Assembly (NCBI GenBank): GCA_037441705.1 | Contig: JBBIRR010000009.1 | Span: forward strand, 1 to 64,000 | Direction of reading: 5' to 3' | Source: Ignavibacteriales bacterium | GTDB lineage: Bacteria > Bacteroidota > Ignavibacteria > UBA10030 > UBA6906 | DNA: 64,000 nucleotides | Shown here: piece by piece, positions 1-10,056 of the stretch | Position numbering within the stretch: position 1 is the stretch's first letter | Layout: each line of letters begins with the position of its first letter | The notes under the pieces: generated by a model | What the model saw: only the letters and a program-made list of their open reading frames with translations | Told to the model about the DNA's origin: nothing | Databases searched by the model: none | Made by a program: the position numbers and the translations under genes

Positions 1-256
1 TTTTCAGCAGCAACTCCGCATCGTCGCCTCAAGACCAAAGAGGCACATCCTTCCTTCTCAACATCAACCGAAGGCAGCCCGGCGAGCGCGTGGCGCCTTC
101 GGCGCCAAGGTCGCGGGTTCTGCCGAAGGCATCTCGCTGCGCGGAAAATCCCGCCGCCCCGACAAATTCTTCAGCAGTACCTTCGCATCATCGCCTCAAA
201 GCCAAGAGGCACGCACTTCCTCCTGAACATCAACCGAAGGCAGCCCGGCGAGCGCG
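1..256 (+). repeat. Two degenerate direct-repeat units (period ~167 bp), each followed by a tRNA-3'-end-like segment
   Basis: 1-90 and 168-256 share TTCAGCAG..CGCATC.TCGCCTCAA..AGAGGCAC..CTTCC..AACATCAACCGAAGGCAGCCCGGCGAGCGCG. The downstream AGGTCGCG(G/C)GTTC occurs at 108-120 and again at 421-433. Confidence 0.8.
109..163 (+). pseudogene. tRNA 3'-half remnant (tRNA-Pro-like) with a 25-nt insertion in the T-loop
   Basis: GGTC-GCGGG-TTC[121-145 insert]AAAT-CCCGC-CGCCCCG-AC gives a T-stem GCGGG/CCCGC, T-loop TTCAAAT and acceptor 3' strand CGCCCCG-A, as in bacterial tRNA-Pro. Confidence 0.55.
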
Positions 257-420
257 GAGGCTTATTAAAAAGATACCATTGTCATTCTGAACCCTTCGGC
301 TTCGCTCAGGGTAAACTCAGCGAAGCGGAATGATGAATCTAATAAATGGTTCGGTTCTGGATTCTTCGCCTCTGAAAAACGAGGCTCAGAATGACGCAGT
401 ACTACTTTTTGGTCAGCCTC
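257..420. mobile_element. MITE-like non-autonomous element carrying a REP-like hairpin
   Basis: Imperfect 16-bp terminal inverted repeats GAGGCTTATTAAAAAG (257-272) and CTTTTTGGTCAGCCTC (405-420). Internal palindrome GTCATTCTGA...TCAGAATGAC (281-395). It sits where repeat unit 1 has only a 17-bp hairpin. Confidence 0.6.
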
Positions 421-537
421 AGGTCGCGCGTTCCACCGAAGGCAACCCGTTGGCCACGACAAGATTTGCAACGGACTTCCCGATAGAAGCCCCTCGTCTT
501 TTTCTTCGCTCACACCAAGGTTCAATCTCATTCGTAT

Positions 538-569
538 AAAAAAAAGGGACTCACTTTCGCGAGCCCCTT
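538..569 (-). terminator. Intrinsic terminator of katG
   Basis: Minus strand AAGGGGCTCGC-GAAA-GTGAGTCCCTT followed by a T tract, about 45 nt after the katG stop. Confidence 0.85.
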
Positions 570-613
570 CTTGCTCTGACTATCAACGAAGCCTGAACGA
601 CGTCGTCGGCCGC

Positions 614-2866
<2,253 letters not shown>

Positions 2867-2888
2867 TCAATGTCGCGTTCACGCCCCC

Positions 2889-2933
2889 ATAAATCCAATT
2901 GATAATCTTGATATAATGATAGAGGAAAGCTAT
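2889..2933. promoter_or_regulatory. Divergent katG/oxyR control region with an OxyR-type box
   Basis: ATAG-N7-CTAT at 2919-2933 (OxyR half-site consensus) and TATAAT at 2912-2917. Confidence 0.6.
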
Positions 2934-2945
2934 CTTGCAGACGCC

Positions 2946-3890
2946 ATGACACTCGTTCAACTTCAATACGTCATCGCCGTTGACACGTGGCGGCACTTCG
3001 CCACCGCGGCAGAGAAGTGCTTCGTCACCCAGCCGACGCTGAGCATGCAGATACACAAGTTGGAAGAGGAATTGGGCGTGCGGATTTTTGATCGCAGCAA
3101 AGTGCCCGTGATACCGACGGAGGAAGGCAAGGTCATCATCGAGCAGGCACGAGAGATTCTCCGACAGGCAGACCTCCTGCTCGCTCTGGCGCACGAAAAA
3201 AAAGATGAAATGGTGGGCGAACTCAAGGTGGGCATCATTCCCACGCTTGCGCCGTACCTGCTTCCCCTATTTCTGAAGACGTTCCTCAAGCGATTCCCGG
3301 CCATCCGGCTTTCGGTGACCGAGCTGACGACCGATTTGATTGTCGAGAAATTGAAGAGGAACGTCCTCGATGCCGGCCTGCTCGTCACGCCGTTAGAGGT
3401 GAACGGCATCAGCGAGCAGCCGTTGTTTTATGAAGAGTTCGTCGTGTACGTCTCGCCGGACGAGCCGGTGTACAAGAAGCGCTACGTGCTTGCCGATGAC
3501 ATCGACGTGCGCCACCTGTGGCTGCTGGAAGAAGGCCATTGCATGCGCTCGCAGATCATGCATTTGTGCGAATTGCGAACGCGAGCGCGAGAGGGAACCA
3601 ATTTTCAGTATGAGGCAGGAAGCGTTGAAACACTAAAGAAACTGGTGGAAACGCGAAGCGGCATTACGATTCTTCCCGAACTTGCTCTGCGCGATCTCAC
3701 CCAGCGACAGAGAAAGATGGTCAGGCACTTCAAACCGCCGGCTCCCGTTCGCGAAGTGAGCCTGGCAACCCACCGGAATTTTGCGAAGAAAAAGCTGCTC
3801 GACGCCCTGCGCGATGCGATTCTCCAATCCCTTCCGGATCACATGAAGCACAAGAAGCGACGCGAGATTGTTGCGATTGAGGAGGAGTGA
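2946..3890 (+). CDS. oxyR: Hydrogen peroxide sensor, LysR family
   Basis: LysR HTH (HFATAAEKCFVTQPTLSMQI), redox Cys pair LLEEGHC-X8-C, divergent from katG. Confidence 0.93.
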   Translation: MTLVQLQYVIAVDTWRHFATAAEKCFVTQPTLSMQIHKLEEELGVRIFDRSKVPVIPTEEGKVIIEQAREILRQADLLLALAHEKKDEMVGELKVGIIPTLAPYLLPLFLKTFLKRFPAIRLSVTELTTDLIVEKLKRNVLDAGLLVTPLEVNGISEQPLFYEEFVVYVSPDEPVYKKRYVLADDIDVRHLWLLEEGHCMRSQIMHLCELRTRAREGTNFQYEAGSVETLKKLVETRSGITILPELALRDLTQRQRKMVRHFKPPAPVREVSLATHRNFAKKKLLDALRDAILQSLPDHMKHKKRREIVAIEEE

Positions 3891-3992
3891 TAACGCCAGC
3901 CTCATTGCCAACCCGCCGCAGTTGACGATGCGAGACGATCGCTTTTCACCACCCAGCCTGCACGTGAAGCAGCGCGCGAGGCAATCGGCACC

Positions 3993-5747
3993 TCACCTGA
4001 GCACAATCATCCTCATCGTCTGAACAAACAGAGCAGACCTCCCGGCGTCCGCCTTCATGCGATAGAAATACACTCCGCTGGGGAGCGGAACACCATGCGC
4101 ATCCACCGCCGTGAATTCTACCGTGTGCCGGCCCGCAGCAACGGTCTCGTTCAGCAGCGTTACGACCTTCCTGCCCTGAATGTCGAACACCTCAAGCTCA
4201 ACGTCCGACTCTCGTGGAACATCGAACGCGATTCGTGTGGATGGATTGAACGGATTGGGAGAGTTTTGATGCAGGCGGAACTCGGTGGGCGTTGTTTGCG
4301 TCCCGTCAACGCCCGTCGAATTATTCACCCGAACGTTGATCATCATGCCGTCATCTTCATGCTCGAGGTTGTGGCAATGCAACAGGTAGATGCCTGCATA
4401 GTCTGTGAACTTGACGAGGGTTCTCACCGTTTCCGAAGGATTGACGAGCACCGTGTCTTTCCATCCCTTGTCGGAGGGCGGCAGATTCGTATTGCCGTTG
4501 CGCGCCAACACCTGAAAGAGAACGCCGTGAATGTGCATCGGATGAAAGAGCGTTGTCCCGTTCACGATGCGCCACTCTTCGAGATCGTTTCTCGGAACTT
4601 CTACATCAATCCGATTCAGGTCAAAGGTGAGGCCGTTGATGCGATGCATGTTTGCACCCATCGTCATGGTGAGCGTGAACGAGCGTGTGCGAACAACGTC
4701 GGCGGGATTGTAATATGGAATCGGAGGCATCGCGGCAGGAACAATCCCTCCCGAACCCTGCGTGCCTGTCACATCAAACCGGAGGATGTTCAATTCCGTG
4801 CCCTGACTTCCACCGCCGCCGGTGAAGGGCAGCGACTTCAGCAGAACACTTTGATTGAGTGCGTAGGACGAGAAATCCATCAGGATGTCCACGCGCTCGC
4901 CTGGAGCAAGAAAGAAGGAGGTGGCAGAAACCGCTTCGTCCTTCAGCCCCCCATCAGTTGCAATGATGTGGAACGGATGATTGTCGGAGAATCCTATCTT
5001 GTAGACTCGTGCATTCGAGCCGTTGAGGAGCCTGAAGCGGTACAGGGTTCGTGATACCTCGAAGTACGCCTCCGGCGTACCGTTGACGAGGACCGTGTCG
5101 CCAAGGTAGCCGTTCATCGTATCCAGCATTGTGGGCGAGTACGTGAACTGCGGCTGGTTTGCACTCCTCCGATCCTGAATCACCAACGGAATGTCATACG
5201 CATCACGCGGAAGGCCGAGCGGAATCTCGTTGTCATCATCCACAATGAAGAGTCCTGCAAAACCTTTGTACACATGCTCTGCGGTCATCATGTGTGCGTG
5301 GGAGTGGTAGAAGTATGTGCCCGCGCGCTGCAGGACGGGAAACGTGTAGGTAAACGATCCGCCCGGTGGTATCGGATCCTTCGGATGTCCGTCCATCGCT
5401 TCGGGCACAATCAATCCGTGCCAGTGTACGGTTGCAGGTTCGGCCAACTGATTCACAACCGTGGCGGAGAACGTTGTCCCGCGTTGAATCCGAACTGTCG
5501 GTCCGGGATACGACCCGTTGATCGCCTTGACGTTTGTTGTTGTGCCGGGCCAGACTTCGACCGTGGTATTGGCAAGCGTCATCGTTCCTCCGTTTGTGAA
5601 AGCCGGAGGGAAGCGAAGCGGATTGCCGACCTGCTCCACCAGCACGCCTGTGTCAAGCGCAAAGACCTTCGGCGGCTTGACGGTTAATCCGACTGCTGCA
5701 ATTGCACTCCACTTGAGCGATTCAAGAAGCATCTCGCGGCGGTTCAT
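3993..5747 (-). CDS. Multicopper oxidase (CueO/CotA-like) with twin-arginine-like signal and C-terminal T9SS/Por-type sorting domain
   Basis: All four Cu motifs present (HWHG, YHSH, HPMHIHG, HCHNLEHEDDGMM). N-terminus MNRREMLL. C-terminus QNSPNPFNPSTRI..VFDIQGRKV..LPSGVYFYRM. Likely start 5747 or 5756, not 5918. Confidence 0.9.
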   Translation of the reverse strand: MNRREMLLESLKWSAIAAVGLTVKPPKVFALDTGVLVEQVGNPLRFPPAFTNGGTMTLANTTVEVWPGTTTNVKAINGSYPGPTVRIQRGTTFSATVVNQLAEPATVHWHGLIVPEAMDGHPKDPIPPGGSFTYTFPVLQRAGTYFYHSHAHMMTAEHVYKGFAGLFIVDDDNEIPLGLPRDAYDIPLVIQDRRSANQPQFTYSPTMLDTMNGYLGDTVLVNGTPEAYFEVSRTLYRFRLLNGSNARVYKIGFSDNHPFHIIATDGGLKDEAVSATSFFLAPGERVDILMDFSSYALNQSVLLKSLPFTGGGGSQGTELNILRFDVTGTQGSGGIVPAAMPPIPYYNPADVVRTRSFTLTMTMGANMHRINGLTFDLNRIDVEVPRNDLEEWRIVNGTTLFHPMHIHGVLFQVLARNGNTNLPPSDKGWKDTVLVNPSETVRTLVKFTDYAGIYLLHCHNLEHEDDGMMINVRVNNSTGVDGTQTTPTEFRLHQNSPNPFNPSTRIAFDVPRESDVELEVFDIQGRKVVTLLNETVAAGRHTVEFTAVDAHGVPLPSGVYFYRMKADAGRSALFVQTMRMIVLR

Positions 5748-5905
5748 TGACCTCATTCTTGTCTTTGTGATGATGATAGGATCGGGGGAGTTGTGACGAA
5801 GGAACTCTGCGCGTGGCGTGTCGTTCACTTCGCCAGCGAGAATATAACCGTTTGTGGCACAAGCAGCAAGGAAAGCGGAGCCGCCTTGATTGCCCCAAGC
5901 AATTC

Positions 5906-6148
5906 TCAGCCGCAACAAAGGGAACGGAGGTATTCCCGATCCTCATCGCCGTACCGGAATCCTTCGAGCAGGTCCAGAACGTCGTCCAGTCCGGCAAACA
6001 CCACATACCCGCCGCCGACCGGTTGCGTCCGGAAGTAGTAATCGAATGTCGCCCGTGTGCTCGCCCGCCCGTGCAGAAAGTACCCCTGCGCCATTGATAC
6101 TTCGTAGCGGTCAGTGTAGAGACCGATGTGTCGGTCAAAGAAATCCAT
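5906..6148 (-). pseudogene. pncB: N-terminal fragment of nicotinate phosphoribosyltransferase
   Basis: LYTDRYEVSMAQGYF..ATFDYYFR..GGGYVVFAGL..EDREYLRSL matches the NAPRTase N-terminus, then stops after 80 aa (full length is usually over 400 aa). No continuation is visible in other frames. Confidence 0.8.
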
Positions 6149-6235
6149 GTGGATGCGAGATGATATTGTCCTCACCAGTGTACAGAGGCATCGGAAAAGA
6201 GTCAATCTCTTCCCCCAGGGAACCTTCTCATGGAG

Positions 6236-6269
6236 GCAATTGTTAGAGCATTTAAGCAATTGCTAAATA
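6236..6269. promoter_or_regulatory. Putative ArsR operator for the mer operon
   Basis: Palindrome AGCAATTGCT (6255-6264) and a second GCAATTGTTA copy at 6236-6245, just upstream of the SD AAGGAG. Confidence 0.5.
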
Positions 6270-6288
6270 ATCGTACAAGGAGAATGGT

Positions 6289-6693
6289 ATGAAACGCGTC
6301 TACGTCGACGGCAAGCTCTGCATCGGACCCAACTTCAGCAAAGCCGAGTTTGCCCTCATCAAACGCAACCTCGCCGAGCAGAAAGGGCTGGCAACACTTG
6401 CCGACCTGCTCAACGTTGCCGGCAACATCCAGCGATTGAAGATCATCTACCTCCTCCACGCCCACAGGGAAATGTGCGTATGCGACATCGCAGAAGTGCT
6501 GGGGCTGACCGACTCAGCCGTCTCACAGCATCTGCGCAAACTGAAAGACAAGAACATTGTGAAGAGCCGGCGGCAGGGGCAGACCATCTTCTACTCCCTC
6601 GTGCAGAACATCTTCACGACGAACTTGCAGGATATGTTTGCACTCGACGAAACTAAAGAACCACATTCATTTATGCATAAGGAGATTGCGTGA
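6289..6693 (+). CDS. ArsR/SmtB metalloregulator
   Basis: RLKIIYLL..EMCVCDIA (alpha3 metal site)..SAVSQHLRKLK; leads the mer genes. Confidence 0.92.
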   Translation: MKRVYVDGKLCIGPNFSKAEFALIKRNLAEQKGLATLADLLNVAGNIQRLKIIYLLHAHREMCVCDIAEVLGLTDSAVSQHLRKLKDKNIVKSRRQGQTIFYSLVQNIFTTNLQDMFALDETKEPHSFMHKEIA

Positions 6694-7298
6694 TGGAAAA
6701 GGAAAAACTCACAACTACAGGCGCCGTCGCTGCGGCAATCGTCGCTTCGCTGTGCTGCATCGGACCGGTTGTCGTTGCGCTCATCGGCGTCGGAAGCATC
6801 GGTGCGTTCGCAGCGTTCGAGCCGCTTCGGCCATACCTCATCGGACTCACGGTGGTGCTGCTCGCGTTCGCGTTCTACCTCACCTACCGCAAGCGTGAAG
6901 TGATCTGCGAAGACGGTTCCTGCAAGATCGAAAGCGCAGGCAAGTGGAACAAAATCGCGGTCTGGCTTGCCACACTCGTGGCTGCCGTTGCTATCGCATT
7001 CCCGACGTTCGATTTCACCAACGCCGCAGCAGCGCAGGCGATGCTCGATCAAAACCGACAGCAGCGCTCAACGTCCGCCATCGCTGTGCTCGACATCGAA
7101 GGGATGGACTGCAAAGGGTGTGCGAAAGGTTTGGAAGCGACGTTGAGTGGAGCTGCCGGCGTGAAGAAAGCGGCGGTGGAGTTCGAGAAGAGTCGCGCCG
7201 TGGTGGAGTACGATTCGACCAAAACGACGCTCGATCGTCTCATCGCAGTGGTGGATGAGACAGGCTTCACGGCGAAACGCAACCAGAAACCGGAATAA
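6690..7298 (+). CDS. merT: Mercuric transporter MerT fused to an HMA (MerP-like) domain
   Basis: ASLCCIGP in TM1, three TM segments, loop CEDGSC, C-terminal GMDCKGC HMA motif. Confidence 0.88.
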   Translation: MMEKEKLTTTGAVAAAIVASLCCIGPVVVALIGVGSIGAFAAFEPLRPYLIGLTVVLLAFAFYLTYRKREVICEDGSCKIESAGKWNKIAVWLATLVAAVAIAFPTFDFTNAAAAQAMLDQNRQQRSTSAIAVLDIEGMDCKGCAKGLEATLSGAAGVKKAAVEFEKSRAVVEYDSTKTTLDRLIAVVDETGFTAKRNQKPE

Positions 7299-7316
7299 TC
7301 ATACAGGGGCTTCCCC

Positions 7317-8723
7317 ATGAACAGCTACCCACTCATCATCATCGGCGGCGGGGCTGCTGCTTTCGCTGCGGCAACCAAAGCGAACGATCTCAGAACGAAA
7401 GCATTCATCGTCAACAGCGGACTTCCGATCGGCGGCACGTGCGTGAATGTCGGCTGTGTGCCGAGCAAGCATCTGCTCGAAGTCGGCGCACGCTACTACT
7501 ACGGGCAGCGGCCGGGCTTCCCTGCCATTCAGACCAACGGACAGTTTCGGTTCGACTTCCCGCAAGCGATCGCTCACAAGAATCAGCTCGTCGAATCTCT
7601 GCGCCGCAGCAACTACAGCGACGTTGTTGCCAATTTCAAAACGGTGGAGTATCGAGAAGGCAGAGCGCGATTCATTTCGCCGCACGAGATCGAGATAGAC
7701 GGTCAGCGTGTGCACGGCGAACGGTTCATCATCGCGACCGGTTCGAAGGCGAAGATTCTTCCCATCCCCGGCATCGAGCAGGTTCGCTATCTCACCAACA
7801 TCGAAGCACTGGAGTTGAACACGCTTCCCACGTCGATGATCGTCGTCGGTGGTGGGCCGCTCGGACTCGAATTCGCGCAGATGTATGCGCACTTCGGCAC
7901 GAAGGTCACGGTGCTCGAAAAGATGAAGCGCATTCTGCCGCTCGAAGAGCCGGAAGTCTCCGATGAGATGCAGAAGATTTTAGAAGAAGAAGGAGTGGTG
8001 GTTCACACAGGCGTGGACATCCAGCATGTGCGGGAAGATGGTGGGAAGAAGATTGTTGCGGCGCGCGTGAAGAATGAAGAGAGAGAATTCCGTGCCGATC
8101 AATTGCTGCTGGCGACGGGCGTCGAGCCGAACACGAAGGCGCTCGGTCTGGAGAATGCCGGCGTGGAGACCGACCAGCGCGGGTTCATCGCAGCAAACGA
8201 GGAGCTTCAAACGACACAGGCGCACATCTGGGCGGCGGGTGATTGCGTGGGCAGGATGGCGCTCGAGACCGTTGCGGCAAAGGAAGGCGCCGTAGCGGCG
8301 GAGAACGCGCTGACGAGTGCCGGCCGCACACTCAACTACGACGAAATCCCGCACGCCGTGTTCACGATGCCGCAAGTGGCAAGCGTCGGACTGACCGAGC
8401 GGGAGCTGATGAGGCGAATGAACGTCTGCGCATGCCGTACGGTACGCTTAGCGATGGTGCCCAAGGCGAAGGCTGTCGGTGAGACGCGTGGGCTGGTGAA
8501 GTTAGTGATCGACCCGCACACGAGCGTGATCGTCGGCTGCCACATCGTTGCCCCTGCGGCCGCCGAGATGATTCACGAAGCCGTGCTGGCGGTGAAGTGC
8601 AAACTCACGGTGGATGACATCATTGACACGGTGCACACGTTCCCGACCTTCAGCGAAGGGATCAAGTTAGCGGCGCAAGCCTTCACGCGCGACATCCGCG
8701 TGATGACCTGCTGCATTGGGTAA
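7317..8723 (+). CDS. merA: Mercuric reductase without the N-terminal NmerA domain
   Basis: GGGAAAF FAD motif, GGTCVNVGCVPSK redox disulfide, C-terminal vicinal Cys (MTCCIG), in an operon with merT. Confidence 0.92.
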   Translation: MNSYPLIIIGGGAAAFAAATKANDLRTKAFIVNSGLPIGGTCVNVGCVPSKHLLEVGARYYYGQRPGFPAIQTNGQFRFDFPQAIAHKNQLVESLRRSNYSDVVANFKTVEYREGRARFISPHEIEIDGQRVHGERFIIATGSKAKILPIPGIEQVRYLTNIEALELNTLPTSMIVVGGGPLGLEFAQMYAHFGTKVTVLEKMKRILPLEEPEVSDEMQKILEEEGVVVHTGVDIQHVREDGGKKIVAARVKNEEREFRADQLLLATGVEPNTKALGLENAGVETDQRGFIAANEELQTTQAHIWAAGDCVGRMALETVAAKEGAVAAENALTSAGRTLNYDEIPHAVFTMPQVASVGLTERELMRRMNVCACRTVRLAMVPKAKAVGETRGLVKLVIDPHTSVIVGCHIVAPAAAEMIHEAVLAVKCKLTVDDIIDTVHTFPTFSEGIKLAAQAFTRDIRVMTCCIG

Positions 8724-8760
8724 ATCCAGAAATGAATGTCCGTGGAGATGTGCCGGCTGC

Positions 8761-9069
8761 TTAGGATAACTGCTTTTGCGACGAGAGAAGTTGTAGGGAT
8801 TTTCGAATCGACTTTTCGTCTACAAGTTGGTGGGTGACAAATTTGTGCAACACACTCGAGATAAGAGTTTGATATGGAATTCCTTCTTGCTGTGAGAGTC
8901 TCTTCAACTCCTCAAGAACGGCTTCGGAGATCCGGATATTCACGTTCTTTGTCTTCCGTATTCGATTCAGGATTCCTTCGATCCTCCGGCGTTCTTTCTT
9001 TGAAACAGGACGATAAGCATCGGCCGATCGTTCAATCTCCCGCTCGTATCTGTCAAGTTTTGTTTTCAT
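8761..9069 (-). CDS. CopG/RHH-type antitoxin
   Basis: NVNIRIS..LEELKRLSQQEGIPYQTLISSVLHKF; overlaps the toxin stop. Confidence 0.8.
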   Translation of the reverse strand: MKTKLDRYEREIERSADAYRPVSKKERRRIEGILNRIRKTKNVNIRISEAVLEELKRLSQQEGIPYQTLISSVLHKFVTHQLVDEKSIRKSLQLLSSQKQLS

Positions 9070-9334
9070 CAGTGTGTTTCCCATACTTTCGATCGAATTT
9101 GCGGCTTGGAAATACCGTCTTGAGAACGATATTGCTTTCCGCATCAATCACAAAAGGAACGGCGTGAATATATCCGTGAATTGGAATGAGGAATAATCGC
9201 TGCTCGGGACGCTTCGGATGCTCGAGAATAGCTACGTATTTCTTTTCCAGGATCATCTGGGCAACTTCTTCGAATGTAATATTCCGTTCACGCCTAAGTT
9301 TTTCATTCTTCTCAGTGTCCCAGATGATTGCCAC
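9053..9334 (-). CDS. BrnT-like (DUF497-type) type II toxin
   Basis: WDTEKNEKLRRERNITFEEV..EHP..Q.LF..VPFV..LKTVFPSRK; toxin gene upstream of antitoxin. Confidence 0.8.
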   Translation of the reverse strand: MAIIWDTEKNEKLRRERNITFEEVAQMILEKKYVAILEHPKRPEQRLFLIPIHGYIHAVPFVIDAESNIVLKTVFPSRKFDRKYGKHTDENKT

Positions 9335-9339
9335 GGCTC

Positions 9340-9368
9340 AATATATTACATCTTATAGGCAATGTCAA
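9340..9368 (-). promoter_or_regulatory. Sigma70-type promoter of the TA pair, predicting a leaderless mRNA
   Basis: TTGACA (9368-9363), 17-nt spacer, TATATT (9345-9340); the GTG start follows after only 5 nt. Confidence 0.7.
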
Positions 9369-9453
9369 TTTTCGTATGTTGGCAGCTCATGCAGATACGT
9401 AAACGAAGCCAACGAAACCATTTCAATCGTAATAAAGATCATTGGAGACCCGC

Positions 9454-9984
9454 ATGAACTCCTGCTGCGCACTGCCTGTAGAAACCATTGCTTGCAACGA
9501 ACATCTCACGAATGGAGAGTGTTGTCTCATTACAGATGTCTCTCAAGCACCAGCCACGGCTCCCTGCCCTGTTTCGCAGGCAGTCGGTCGAAAAATTCAA
9601 CGCCGCACGTTGGAAAGTCTGCTGAAGCCGTACGCCCGCGCGCTGCTCGAACCTGTGCAGTACTACTACTGTCCCGACCCCAACTGCCCGATCGTCTATT
9701 TCTCGAACGCCGACGTCCGCACATTTTCGGTCGGGGAGCTGACGGTGCCCGTGTTCGATAAGGACACAAGCGAGAACACGCCGGTGTGTTACTGTTTCGA
9801 TTGGACAAGGAAGAAAATCAAGGATCAAATTGCCGAGACCGGTAAGAGCAACGCAGCAGTTGAGATCGCAAAGAAGGTCAAAGCGGGTGAGTGTGCATGC
9901 GATGTGAAGAATCCGAAAGGACGATGCTGCCTTGGTGATGTGAACGCAGTCGTGAAAGCATTGATGGCCAGTGGGCGAACGTGA
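9454..9984 (+). CDS. Putative Zn/[2Fe-2S] metallochaperone (archaeal CopZ N-terminal-like)
   Basis: CP..YYYCPDPNCPIVYF..VCYCF..CACDVKNPKGRCCLGDV, plus a Cys-rich N-terminal extension; SD GGAG. Confidence 0.8.
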   Translation: MNSCCALPVETIACNEHLTNGECCLITDVSQAPATAPCPVSQAVGRKIQRRTLESLLKPYARALLEPVQYYYCPDPNCPIVYFSNADVRTFSVGELTVPVFDKDTSENTPVCYCFDWTRKKIKDQIAETGKSNAAVEIAKKVKAGECACDVKNPKGRCCLGDVNAVVKALMASGRT

Positions 9985-10056
9985 GTTCTGCATCACAACA
10001 TCCGGATTGGTGACAGTTGGCCTCTATTCTCATCTCACGCCACTAAAGCACTCAGT

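Noticed and set aside
109-163. Intact or intron-containing tRNA
   Set aside because: No 5' acceptor strand, D-arm or anticodon arm is recognisable upstream; only the 3' portion remains.
90-539. Short ORFs at the window start
   Set aside because: They are translations of repeat and MITE sequence with no protein-like features.
5757-5918. N-terminal extension of the multicopper oxidase, or a pncB-oxidase frameshift fusion
   Set aside because: The twin-arginine signal implies a start at 5747 or 5756; no slippery site is evident and a fusion has no functional rationale.
7317-8723. Dihydrolipoamide dehydrogenase
   Set aside because: The C-terminal Cys-Cys and merT context indicate MerA, and the HPTxxE motif is replaced by FPTFSE.
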